Shown here: positions 21,328-32,413 of the stretch, in pieces
Position numbering within the stretch: position 1 is the first letter of the stretch
Layout: each line of letters opens with the position of its first letter
From: Rozella allomycis CSF55
Taxonomy: Eukaryota
Direction of reading: 5' to 3'
Length of the DNA: 50,535 bases
Assembly: GCA_000442015.1 (NCBI GenBank)
Contig: KE561190.1
Location: 1 to 50,535, forward strand
Program-made: the position numbers and the translations under genes
Notes under the pieces: generated by a model
What the model was told of the DNA's origin: nothing
Database searches by the model: none
The model's input: the letters and a program-made list of their open reading frames with translations, nothing else

Positions 21328-23623
21328 ATGACATTTGAGGATTTGGACTGGCGTTGTATCAACACCATACGTACTTTATCAGCTGACACTGTCCAAAAAG
21401 CGAATTCCGGACACCCAGGAGCTCCTATGGGTAAAAGTATTCTAAAGCAGCAAAGTAGGGTGTGCACCAATGGCGCATGTATTATTCTCTCGTTTCATGA
21501 ATTTCTCACCAGGGAATCCCCATTGGGTAAGTTTATCTGTTTTATTTTGACCAGTGGAACAGGGACCGATTTGTGTTATCGAATGGTCATGGCTGTGCGC
21601 TGCAGTATGTGATGCTCCATCTTCTGGGGTATAATTTGAGCATGGAAGATTTGAAGGCGTTTAGACAGTTGGATAGCAAGACGCCTGGACATCCTGAGGT
21701 GCATATGACTGATGGAATTGAGGTAACTACTGGACCGCTTGGCCAGGGGATAGCGCAGGCTGTTGGATTGGCGATTGCTGAGGCGCATCTGGCTGAGAGG
21801 TTTAACAAGGATGGATTCGAGTTGTTTGACAACTATACGTTTGTTGTGCTTGGCGATGGGTGTATGCAAGAGGGGGTTGCATCTGAAGCGTGTTCGTTGG
21901 CAGGACATTTGGGATTGGGAAAGTTGATATTGCTGTATGATGATAACAATATACAAATTGATGGATCTACTGATTTGGCGTTTACTGAGGATGTGATGAA
22001 GAGATATGAATCGTATGGATTTCATGTGTTGAGTGTTGAGAATGGGGATAGTGATTTGGAGTCACTTGAAAGAGCGATTGAAGAGGCGAAACGTGTGAAG
22101 GATAAGCCAAGTATGATTAAAGTGAGAACAACGATTGGATTTGGATCTAAATTGCAGGGGACCGAAAAGGTTCATGGAAATCCACTTGGAAAGGAAGGGT
22201 TGGCTGAAGCTAAGAAGAAACTAGGGTTTGATGAAAATGAATTCTTTCACGTGCCAAAGGATGTTCAATCATATTTTGAAACATTGAAACGCAAGGGGGC
22301 TGAAAAGGAAGGAAAGTGGAATGAAATGTTTGAAAGATATGCAAAAGANGACATTGAAACGCAAGGGAGCTGAAAAGGAAGGAAAATGGAATGAAATGCT
22401 TGAAAGATATGCAAAAGAATATCCAGAATTGGCGAAAGAATTGAAGAGAAGATTTGAGGGAAAGTTGCCTGAAGGATGGAAAGATTTGTTGCCCGTTTAT
22501 TCACCAGAAGATGCCGCAGTGGCAACTAGAAAGCTTTCAGAGATTGTTTTGAATAAAATAGCTGATAAAGTTCCAGAGTTGGTTGGAGGNAGCAGTTGCG
22601 ACTAGAAAGCTGTCTGAGATTGTTTTGAATAAAATAGCTGATAAAGTTCCAGAGTTGGTTGGAGGGTCGGCTGATTTGACTCATTCTAATTTAACAAAGT
22701 GGAAAACATCTGTAGATTTCCAGAAAAAGGTAATAGAAAGAGATAAAGATGAAAGGGATCAAAGAATGGAAACCCAGAAGGGAGATATTTTAGATTTGGA
22801 GTGAGAGAACATGCAATGGCAGCTATTGTGAATGGATTAGCAGCGTATGGAGGTTTAATTCCATTTGGCGCGACGTTTCTAAATTTTATAACTTATGCTT
22901 GGGGAGCTGTTAGATTGTCAGCGTTGTCTCATTTGAAGACTATTTATATAATGACGCATGATTCCATTGGGCTTGGAGAAGATGGACCAACACATCAACC
23001 GATTGAAACTGTTGCAGCGTTGAGAGCGTTACCAAACATGTTAACAATTAGACCAGCCGATGGAAATGAAGTAAACAAATTGAATTAATCTTATAAAGAC
23101 ATCTGGAGCGTATGCCATTGCATTGGAATATAATGGACCATCAACACTTTGTTTAACAAGACAAAATGTTCCTCATTTGAAGAATAGTTCAATTGAAAAT
23201 ACAATGAAGGGGGGCTATATTTTAAATGATGTTGAAAACCCACAAGTGATTCTTGTAGGAACTGGATCTGAGGTTTCATTGTGTGTTGAAACAGCTGAAT
23301 ATTTAAAAGATAAATTGAACATCAAAGCGAGGGTAGTTTCAATGCCATGTGTAGAATTATTTGAGAAACAATCAAATGAATATAAAAAGAAAGTTTTTAG
23401 TGCTCAAGTTCCAGTTGTTTCAGTTGAGGCAATGTCCACATTAGGTTGGCATAAATATTCTCATTTTCCGATTGGAATTGATACATTTGGGGCTTCAGCG
23501 CCTTATCAGCAAGTTTATAAAAAGGTTGGATTGTCTGTTGAAGCCATAAGTGAGAAAGTTTCCAAAGTTGTTTCATTCTATAAAAACAATCCAATTGAAG
23601 ATTTAATCTCTCGTCCCTTTTAA
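21328..23623 (+). CDS. TKL1: Transketolase (apparent frameshifts at N 22349 and 22590 are assembly duplications)
   Basis: [38 protein letters not shown] and [16 protein letters not shown] motifs; four GT-AG introns. Confidence 0.97.
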
Positions 23624-23666
23624 ATCGTCCAATTTAATTTCTAAATTTTAATAAACTTTCTTTTAT

Positions 23667-25094
23667 TTAAATGAGTCCCAGTTGGTTCATTTGAAGGTGA
23701 GATTGGATTGCACTCATCGCTTGTTTCACTTGAAGTGTTTTTCTCGCTTCTTTAATCCATTCAAGCGCCATCAATCTTGGCCAGCCTTTCAAACTATTCA
23801 ATTCTCGCGTTGCCATTTCAAGATTACCTTTGGAAATCCAATTCTCACTTCTTGCCAAAATACAATCAACTTCCTTTCCTTCAACGTTCCCATGCAATTT
23901 AAAAACCAAACTAGAAAATAAAAATGAAAATGCGTGATTCTTCAACGATGAATTATTCTCTGGTATAAACGCTACCCTCCTCACCCTTGGAATTATCTCT
24001 CTGAATCCATCAATCAAACTTTGCTCTGACATTACCCCTGCATTAGACACTTCTTCGGGTATTTCTTTAACAATTTCTTTAACAAATTCTGTGCTACATT
24101 CATTCTTCAATCCATTCAATGGAACACTAAAATTAACTCTTGTGGGATTCTCAATTGCATTCAAAATAGAATTGGCAAACAATAGCTTCTTGGAACTCTC
24201 ATTCAAATGTTTCGTTAGGTCATTCTCTTCTTTAACTTTCATTTCCAAAACTTTCAATTCCAATTCCAGTTCACTTAATTTAGACAATTGTCCATTTCTC
24301 TCTTCTGCCACTTGTTTTCTCACTCTTCTTTTGAAATCAGCTTCCATTTCCTTCTTTTGCTTCTCCAATTGCTTTGTCATATTCTCTTGATACAAACTCG
24401 CTTGTTTTTTCAATTCATCCATCATCACTGTTTCAATTTCTGTTGCTAATTGAATCTTTTGGTTTTCATAATATTTCGTCAATTCAGACATTTCACCTTT
24501 CCTCGCTTGCTCAACAAGATTCATTTGATTCTTTATCAATTCCAAAAACTGTTTGCTCAATTCTTTAAACCCCTCATCAACAGCCCCATCCTTTACCAAT
24601 TCTTCAACACTCTTATCTACTTGCACCAATGACCCATTCAATCCCCCAACATCATTCAATTTAGCAATCTCTTTGATCATCACAACAAACTCTTGCATCT
24701 TCTTTTTCGCCGCCTCCCTCTCAATCTCCTCCTGTGTTTTAGAAGGGGCCGGCTCTGGCTTCTTCTCCAAAGTCTTCAACACACTCTCCTCACTAATCCT
24801 TCCCTCTTCAATCAAAACAATCCCATCCTTTTCCGTCAAATGCTCCTTTTCAATCCCCCTCACATAATCCACAAATCTGCCCAAATTATACGCAATCTCC
24901 TTGTGCGTCCTCAAACACACATCAGCACCTGGCACATTCTCGCGGAAAAATCTCTTGAATTCTCGATCAGATTGCGCATATATCGTCGCACCAATATACG
25001 TAGGGGCAACCATTATTGCTATTCCCTTGGCGATTCGCTTAGGCCATTTTAGTTTGCTTGGTGGTGTGCTGGAATACGCTCGGCGGATATTCAT
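23667..25094 (-). CDS. MIC60: MICOS subunit Mic60/mitofilin
   Basis: Presequence MNIRRAYSS, single TM followed by FKRFFRENVPGA, long coiled coil, and mitofilin domain (VDCILARSE...GNLEMATRELNSLKGWPRLMALEWIKEAR). Confidence 0.92.
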   Translation of the reverse strand: MNIRRAYSSTPPSKLKWPKRIAKGIAIMVAPTYIGATIYAQSDREFKRFFRENVPGADVCLRTHKEIAYNLGRFVDYVRGIEKEHLTEKDGIVLIEEGRISEESVLKTLEKKPEPAPSKTQEEIEREAAKKKMQEFVVMIKEIAKLNDVGGLNGSLVQVDKSVEELVKDGAVDEGFKELSKQFLELIKNQMNLVEQARKGEMSELTKYYENQKIQLATEIETVMMDELKKQASLYQENMTKQLEKQKKEMEADFKRRVRKQVAEERNGQLSKLSELELELKVLEMKVKEENDLTKHLNESSKKLLFANSILNAIENPTRVNFSVPLNGLKNECSTEFVKEIVKEIPEEVSNAGVMSEQSLIDGFREIIPRVRRVAFIPENNSSLKNHAFSFLFSSLVFKLHGNVEGKEVDCILARSENWISKGNLEMATRELNSLKGWPRLMALEWIKEARKTLQVKQAMSAIQSHLQMNQLGLI

Positions 25095-25406
25095 CTTTTA
25101 ATTTATGGAATATGGGGCTTACCAGCATCGTTGGTAATTGATTGTGATTGGTTACCAATTTGCAAGGGTAATTGGATGTGGTTGACACTAGCTTGGCTCG
25201 CGTTTAAATTCTTCATTAGAATTATAATGAATATATTTATACTGCTTGCTGTTGAAGGCGAAATAAATGGAATGTGCAAAAAATACAATATTCTCTCTGT
25301 CAGGCTCACCTTTGATTCAAGCAAATAGTCTATAATGAGCATTTTTGCAATATGAATGCGAGTGGAGATGGACAATGTCGTGGGAACCCGAACCCGAACA
25401 TGTAAA

Positions 25407-25584
25407 TCTATTAATGTGAGCGATGCGATGTCAACCGCCAGACACAAAATGCTTAATGCTTTTCGTAAAGCACAAATATGGAGTAAGATGCCTATCAAGT
25501 ATCAAATTGTAAAATCATACGATGCTTTGTGAAAAATCACGAACATATTTAATTTTTTAATGCCGAAGCGAGTACAGCCGCTAG
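25407..25584 (+). mobile_element. Second Helitron-like miniature (3' end clear, 5' end tentative)
   Basis: AGATGCCTATCAA...TGTAAAATCATACGAT...TTTTTTAATGCCGAAGCGAGTACAGCCGCTAG|T matches the 16381-16470 copy; candidate A|TC start at 25407. Confidence 0.45.
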
Positions 25585-25744
25585 TATATCTAAAAATTGT
25601 ACAAGGTGTTCTATAAAAGCGCCGAGGCAAAATTTGGACCTTATAAATAGCATGCCAAAATTTTATAAATTATAAGTCTCTTTATAAGAGCATTCGCCAA
25701 TAAAGCGGTCTTTCTTTAATAGATCGATTTTGTAATTTTCCTAA

Positions 25745-27411
25745 ATGTTTACACAAGTCGGCTTTCGATGTAAAACATGCGGCACTACAAAACACACACA
25801 GACTCAAGAAGGACTTTATATTTGTCAATATGGCCATCAAACTTTGGTAACCAGATACGATCAAAATATCCAAAGGACTATTTAAACGAAGAAATCGATC
25901 CAGATGCATTCGCTTCACAAAGCAGGATGGTCAAAACCAAAAAACTTACTGTCAGTCAGAAAACGGAAGAAAAAAAGACTGTGACTGTAAAGGGCCGGTA
26001 TCATGGCAAGAAATATCGGTTAATGAAGAGTTTTCAGAAGATATTGTTGTATCAAGTTGATTGGATGATTAAGAATTGGGAGTGCGATGCTGTAGTTAAA
26101 GTAATGGCTTTGATATTGGGAAACTAGGATGTCATGAAAAAACAATGGCTTTGTTATGCATCGGAGGCTGCGTCCATTTATTGCGTTGATAAGAAAGTGA
26201 ATGATGATGAAATATCAGAAATCAGCACTTCATCTGAATCTGAAGAAAACTATGTAAATCTTTCACACCTTCCGGAATTGAAACTTCATTTATCATTGTC
26301 ATTTTGTTATCTTTCACTGATATACTCTAATAATGCGGTTTGTTTGGCCGATATTCATAGGTAACTATTAGCTTTACTTTTGATAGATTGGCGTTACAAA
26401 GCAAATTCCCCTGTTTAAATATTCTTCAGACACTTAAAACGAAACCATTTAAAGAACTTAATGATAAACAGGTATAACAAAGCTTTTTCAATCAATAATA
26501 GTTAACACAAAATACAGCCAAAGTTTACAAACAGACAGAAAAGTTACTTTATTATTTGATAGAACGACATAATTTTCCACACCCAACATTTAATACCACC
26601 TTGTTTTTCTTCAAAGCTATAAGATCTTTATTAATTCCTTGTAATTTACTTTATTTGTATCTTATAGACTCTTTATATCCTTTCGCCATTGAATTGCTGA
26701 AACTTGGCGGTATGTTGACAAACAAGACAAAATATGTTACATTGCCTTGCTTAGTTTCTACTTGCTATTTGCTAATCACGATTAAGTTTGTGTATAATAT
26801 CGATGAAAATGGTCAAGCTGCCTACGACAAATTCGTGCAAGGGTTGCCTCAGTTATCACAACTTTTAGATATGTGGAAACATAANTATCACTATAAAATT
26901 TGTGTATAATATAGATGAAAATGGGCAAGCTGCCTATGATAAATTTGTGCAAGGGTTGCCTCAGTTATCACAACTTTTAGATATGTGGAAACATAAATTA
27001 TCCAACAAGTTTATTGAAAGTGTTAGAGATATGTCTATATCTGACTGTAAAGAATATCTTTCCGAAGTTTCCACGACTCTTCAGAAGCAATTGCCAAATC
27101 ACAATAAAAACACCATAATGTCCCAATTTTTAAAAGAATCTTTCATGGGTGATCAGCCTGAAGCTGAAGTGGGAAACACTCTGAGCAAACGTCAAGATCT
27201 TTCAACTCAATTGGATGAATCCACAGAGAGGCGAATATACAATTTCGATCCGTTTGATCAAGCTGAACATCCAAAGGAGCATTCTCAGTTGGTTAAATTC
27301 TTCTCAAGAATGCTCAATCTACCTGGATTCTGGATTGACAAAACTACATGCGAGTTGGAAAAGAGTATCAATAGGCAAATGCGCAGCGCCAAGAAGAAAA
27401 CAGAAAAGTAA
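25745..27411 (+). CDS. RRN7: RNA polymerase I core factor subunit RRN7/TAF1B
   Basis: Zinc ribbon in a frame missed by the ORF track (MFTQVGFRCKTCG...GLYICQYGH), then FQKILLYQVDWMI...KQWLCY and LSFCYLSL...LADIHR. GT-AG introns join the pieces; allele duplication at N 26885. Confidence 0.8.
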
Positions 27412-27549
27412 CTGGTGAATTATAGATATTGTAACTTAATGTACTATAGAGTATACTAAAATAAATAGAAGTCATTAGTTCTACTGTCTAAGAGAAAGTT
27501 ATTTATTGACGCTACCCACTTTGAAATATTTGTTAAAACAAAAAGCCAT

Positions 27550-27897
27550 TTATTCTTCGTCATCGTCATCGTCTCTATTTCTTTCTTCCCTTTGAGGTCT
27601 ATTAGAGGCCTCACAAGCATCAATCCAATCACTATATACATCGATAGGTTCACTCAAATCTAAAACACAAATCCACAATCTCTTTACAGTGAATAACTGA
27701 CTGATAATCTGCAGAACATACTCGGCAACTTATTATACCAACATTATGATCTCGGTCTCTAAAGAATACCTCTAAATATTTTCTTACAGCTTCACTTCAA
27801 CAGATTTATCATGATTGCAAAATGGACATGTAAAAGACTTTTCTAAAGTCACTTTTACTTTAGTTGGTGCCTTTCTTTTTGCTTTTCTTTTACCCAT
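27550..27897 (-). CDS. ELF1: Transcription elongation factor Elf1 (3 exons; absent from the ORF track)
   Basis: Spliced product MGKRKAKRK...[30 protein letters not shown]...[16 protein letters not shown] plus an acidic tail. Confidence 0.95.
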
Positions 27898-28175
27898 CCA
27901 GTTTTCTGATTTTTCCGAAAGATTACTTAAGTCTTACAAGAGTCTTGCAAAATGTAATGTATTAATATATTCTTCATTAAAGCATTAACAATGTTATTTG
28001 AGTCTTCGTGGAGTTTTAGGCTCAGTCACAAGAATCCATCGCTGTAAATAGCATTGTGTAGATTTACTAGAATAATATAAATATATAAAATAAACAAATT
28101 TCACTTTGAATTGCTTCAATTGTTTCGATATATTTTGGTTCACCTTCAGACCAAGCCACTGTATTTTTATTCATA

Positions 28176-29150
28176 ATGGTAAATCAAATACGCTTTAAAT
28201 ATATAGATTCGCAAACAAGCTCGCGAGAGGCGTGATTATTTATTCAGAAAATCCCTAGAAGTGCAAGAACGTCAGACATATGAACGAAAACAAAAGCTGA
28301 AACAAGCTATCCAAGGTAATCATCAACAAAGTCCAAGAAAGATGGAAAATATGTCCCAAAAAGTGCTGATTTAAAAGATTTAGATTTTGATCCAACTCAA
28401 GAAGTGAAAACCCATATAGATGATGAATATGCCAAAGCTGGAGTTCGAGATCCTAAAGTTTTAATTACGACTTCTAGAGACCCAAGCAGTCGTTTGCTAC
28501 AGTTTTCAAAAGAGATGAGATTGGTTATACCAAATTCACAAAGAATGAATAGAGGAAACTATGTTTTAAAAGATGTAAGATTAACTAGCTAGTTAAATGA
28601 AAGATTGTTGATGCATGTAGATCTAATGAAGTTACAGATTTAGTAATACTGCATGAACATCGTGGTGTACCAGGTATATTATATTTGTTGGGTATAAATA
28701 GATGGAATGATAGTTTGTCATTTTCCATATGGCCCCACCGCATACTTTTCATTGCACAATGTAGTTCTTAGACATGATTTGCCTGATCAGGGGAATGTTA
28801 GCGAGGCATATCCACATTTAATTTTTGATAAATTCACCTCAAATCTCGGGCAGCGCGTTAAGAATATTTTAAAGTTTCTTTTTCCAGTCCCCAAGGAAGA
28901 AAGCAAAAGAGTGATGACGTTTGCGAATAATCAGGACTTTATTTCATTCCGCCATCATGTTTATTTCAAGACTGGGAATCATGTAGAAATGGCTGAAGTT
29001 GGGCCGCGATTTGAAATGCGACGTAATTAATGGATTTAATTGTTTATAGCATATGAATTGAAGTTGGGAACTATTGATGTACCTGATGCTGATGTGGAAT
29101 GGGTATTGAGACCATTTATGAACACTGCAAAGAAGAGGGATTTTCTCTAA
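28176..29150 (+). CDS. IMP4: U3 snoRNP Brix-domain protein Imp4
   Basis: [22 protein letters not shown]...[30 protein letters not shown] and [17 protein letters not shown]; five short introns. Confidence 0.96.
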
Positions 29151-29180
29151 ACTTTTACTAATAAATATATGTTATTTATT

Positions 29181-32023
29181 TCAATGTTCAAATAGAGACT
29201 CTTTGAATGGAACTTCAAGAGCATTGAGAGCATTTAATACATCATCAACAGAATCTTCTTGTTCATTATATTCATCTAAAATTAAACAAATGGATTCCAT
29301 GTGTTCAAGAAGATTTGGGGGAATAGAAAGGATGGAGTAATTAAAGAATGCTTTCTGTCAATTAAATCGATTATTTGAGAGGCTAATTATTAACCAAAAA
29401 ATGGGATACCAGAGTCTAAAATGTGGTCTGGAATGCCCGCCAACTTTGCACAATAGAGACCCCAGCTATTTTCTGATTCACCATCAATAATTCTTTATTT
29501 TTTTATTTATTAATATACTTGTAAAGAAAAACGAGTGATTGTTCGTTACCTTCTTGAACAATTGTTTTGGTGGTTTTCCAACAAATTTTTGATTCATTTT
29601 CCAACAAGTTTAACTTTTTAATTTCTTTATTGAATTATTAAAGATATTATTTACCATGAAAGTGAGTTATGGCAATTGTTCTTGGAGTGCCTGGTGTAGA
29701 AGAGGAAAGGTATTCAATCAATCCACAGAACAAACTAATTCCATCTTTTAATACAAATATTTATAAAATTACCGTTGGAGTTTGTTCCTTTGCCAAATTC
29801 ATCTAACAACAATAAAGATTTTGGAGTTAATTGTTTCAAAGCATTAGAGACTTGATTAACGTCAATTAAGAATGTGCTTTGGTCCAAATATATAAAATAT
29901 TAAATTTATTACTCTTGCTGCAGAATCTTTTGTTTGTATTCTCGTCAGAATTNGGTCAATTAAGAATGTGCTTTGGTCCAAATAAATAAAAAATAGAATT
30001 TATTACTCTTGCTGCAGAATCTTTTGTTTGTATTCTCGTCAGAATTTTATCACATAAGCCGATTATTGACCCTGGCTTTGCTGGAATGAAGCTTCCTAAA
30101 TGGGCCATGTAAACAGTCAATCCAACTTGTTTTAAATAAACAGATTTTCCCGAACAATTCGCCCCTGTCAATATAATAATTTTTGAGTCATTGACTAGGA
30201 CACAGTCATTAGGCACAAAGACGTTTACAAATATTTGGGTGATTGGATGGCTACTTGAAGAATAATGAATCATTTACAATCCGTTTATTATTTGAAGATC
30301 ATCTGAATCGTTAATTATTGGGCAGCCCAAATTTAAATCAATTGAAGTTGCTGCAAACGCCATCAAACTGTAGTTAGATAAATTCCAATGTTTTTACCAA
30401 TCAAGTTCGTAAACTACATTTAGAAAATTCTCAATTTCATTTCCAAACGACAAAAGCCCCTCATTGAGTAATGTCAATATTTCCAATTCCTTGTCGATTA
30501 TAGCAGAATGAAGATCACCAAGATAACTATCAAGCTCTTTATTATTTTAAATGTTAAACTCACCGTGCATTCTTTGATGTTTAAAATAAATCGCATTCTC
30601 TGTTGAAAATTGAAACTCCAAGCCATACATACTGTAATCCATTAATGGATCAATGTGGGGTTCCAACTGAATACAAATTAAATAACAGAATTGTGGATAA
30701 TAAACGACATTCAAAGTTGTTGGAAACGAAAAATGTAAATCTTCTTGCAGGGCTGCTGCCACGTGGGACTATAAATGTAGATCTTGAAACTTACTAGGAA
30801 ATCTGGCAAATTATCAAAAGTTTGTCTCAAATGTGCCAATTCTTCATCAATCCCCACATTTATTACAACGCGATCTTCTATTTTGCTCAAGTCAAAATCA
30901 ATAGCAACTTCAACATGGGTAATAACATCTTGAAATATTTCTGGATTCATTTCCAAAAGAACATTCAAAGATTTCAACCCTTCAAGACCCTTGAACTCAC
31001 CCACTTGTTTTGAATAGATTAAATTATTCATCAATTTGCAAAACTTTATTATCAATTGATATTCCTTGTATGAACACTTTGCATTATCTTTCAATTTCTT
31101 CAACACGCCGCAAACCATTGAAAACAATTTAAGAAAATCTTTTATTCTTTGGAAAGATTGAATGTTTTCTCTAATAATTTTCACACTCTCCAATCTCTTG
31201 TTAATAATCCCTAGATCTGTCAAGGGTCGTTGCATCCATTTCTTTAACGTCTTTTTTCCTCCAGCCGTCACAATATGCTTAACAAACAATCCAAACAAAC
31301 TTATTCCCTCCTTTTGTCCTCCAATGTGAGACGCCGGGTGATATTCATTCTCAAATATCTGCAAATCTTCAAGTGTCTCTTTCGAAACGTACATGTATGT
31401 CGCCCTTTATCAAACAATTCAATGATATTACAGTTTAAAAATGCAAACATCAGAGAGCCAAGTATTGAAATCTATTTGGTTGCCTTCAAGATCTTCCAAT
31501 CTATAATTCTGACACACAAACGATGCGACACAGCAAAGTGTTTGGATCTATCATCAACCATCAAATATCCCCATACACATTTCTCATCTATATCACACAA
31601 TTTATCATGCCACTTTTCGTGCAAGTACTCGATCAGCTTCTCATTGCAAACAAAGTCACTCTCAGGCCTCACAAATATATTGAAAGAATTAAGATTATCT
31701 TTCGCACTAGTTCTGACGCACTGAAGATTCTTCCTCGATAGTTTCTCACTAACCAATATAATTGTTGGCCCTACAGTCATAATCACTAGTTTAGGCTTTG
31801 AAAGAGGTTTACACTTTGACACTACATTATCTATCCCTTCGCATACTGAAAATAGAGGCAACATATACGCTTGCTTTTCAAAAAGATCAATATAGGCGGC
31901 GGTTAGCCATTCTTCTGAAAAATATATACAAAGGACAATGTCTTCAAAGGTTTCCTTGAAAGTCTTTACATCAGCTTCTAGTGGTTGATTCTCTTCTATC
32001 AATTGTTCTTGATCTTCCTCCAT
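29181..32023 (-). CDS. MSH5: Meiotic MutS homologue 5
   Basis: LQIFENEYHP...KEGISLFGL, LTGANCSGKSVYLKQVGL, STFLIDVNQV and LLDEFGKGT (GKGT is typical of MSH5). Many short introns, one non-canonical; allele duplication at N 29953. Confidence 0.9.
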
Positions 32024-32413
32024 TGAAAATGATTTGCGCGGCAAAGTAAGCCACCAAATCTTGTATTTCACGTGTAACGGTTACTACAAGAATTTAATAA
32101 CCTTTTTTCATTTCCTAGAAGTCATCTCGTAGTGCATTCTCCACCATTGAAGATATATCTTTTAAAGTCCTAGTCGTAATCAAGAAATGATTATTTGATT
32201 GGCAGTTTCGACCCTTGCATTTGTCTTGGCAATATTTTTCCCATAATTTCGTTCAATAAAAACATGACCATTGGAAGAGCGTATTAGTGAGCACTGTAAC
32301 AGCTCACGTGGACTATACCCGTCTTTGAGAGCTTGGTTATGACAATAATATGCTGTGTGTCAATCAATGGTCGTTGTTGAAATTTTTTGAGTCACTTCAT
32401 CATGTTCATCTAA

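Noticed and set aside
22350..22645. Apparent internal tandem duplications and frameshifts in transketolase
   Set aside because: Each begins at a single N and repeats the preceding sequence with a few substitutions, as expected for uncollapsed alleles rather than programmed frameshifting.
25682..25918. C2H2-like fragments (CVFCS...HL on -, MRHYKTH on +)
   Set aside because: A third frame encodes the RRN7 zinc ribbon (CKTC...CQYGH), which explains the region.
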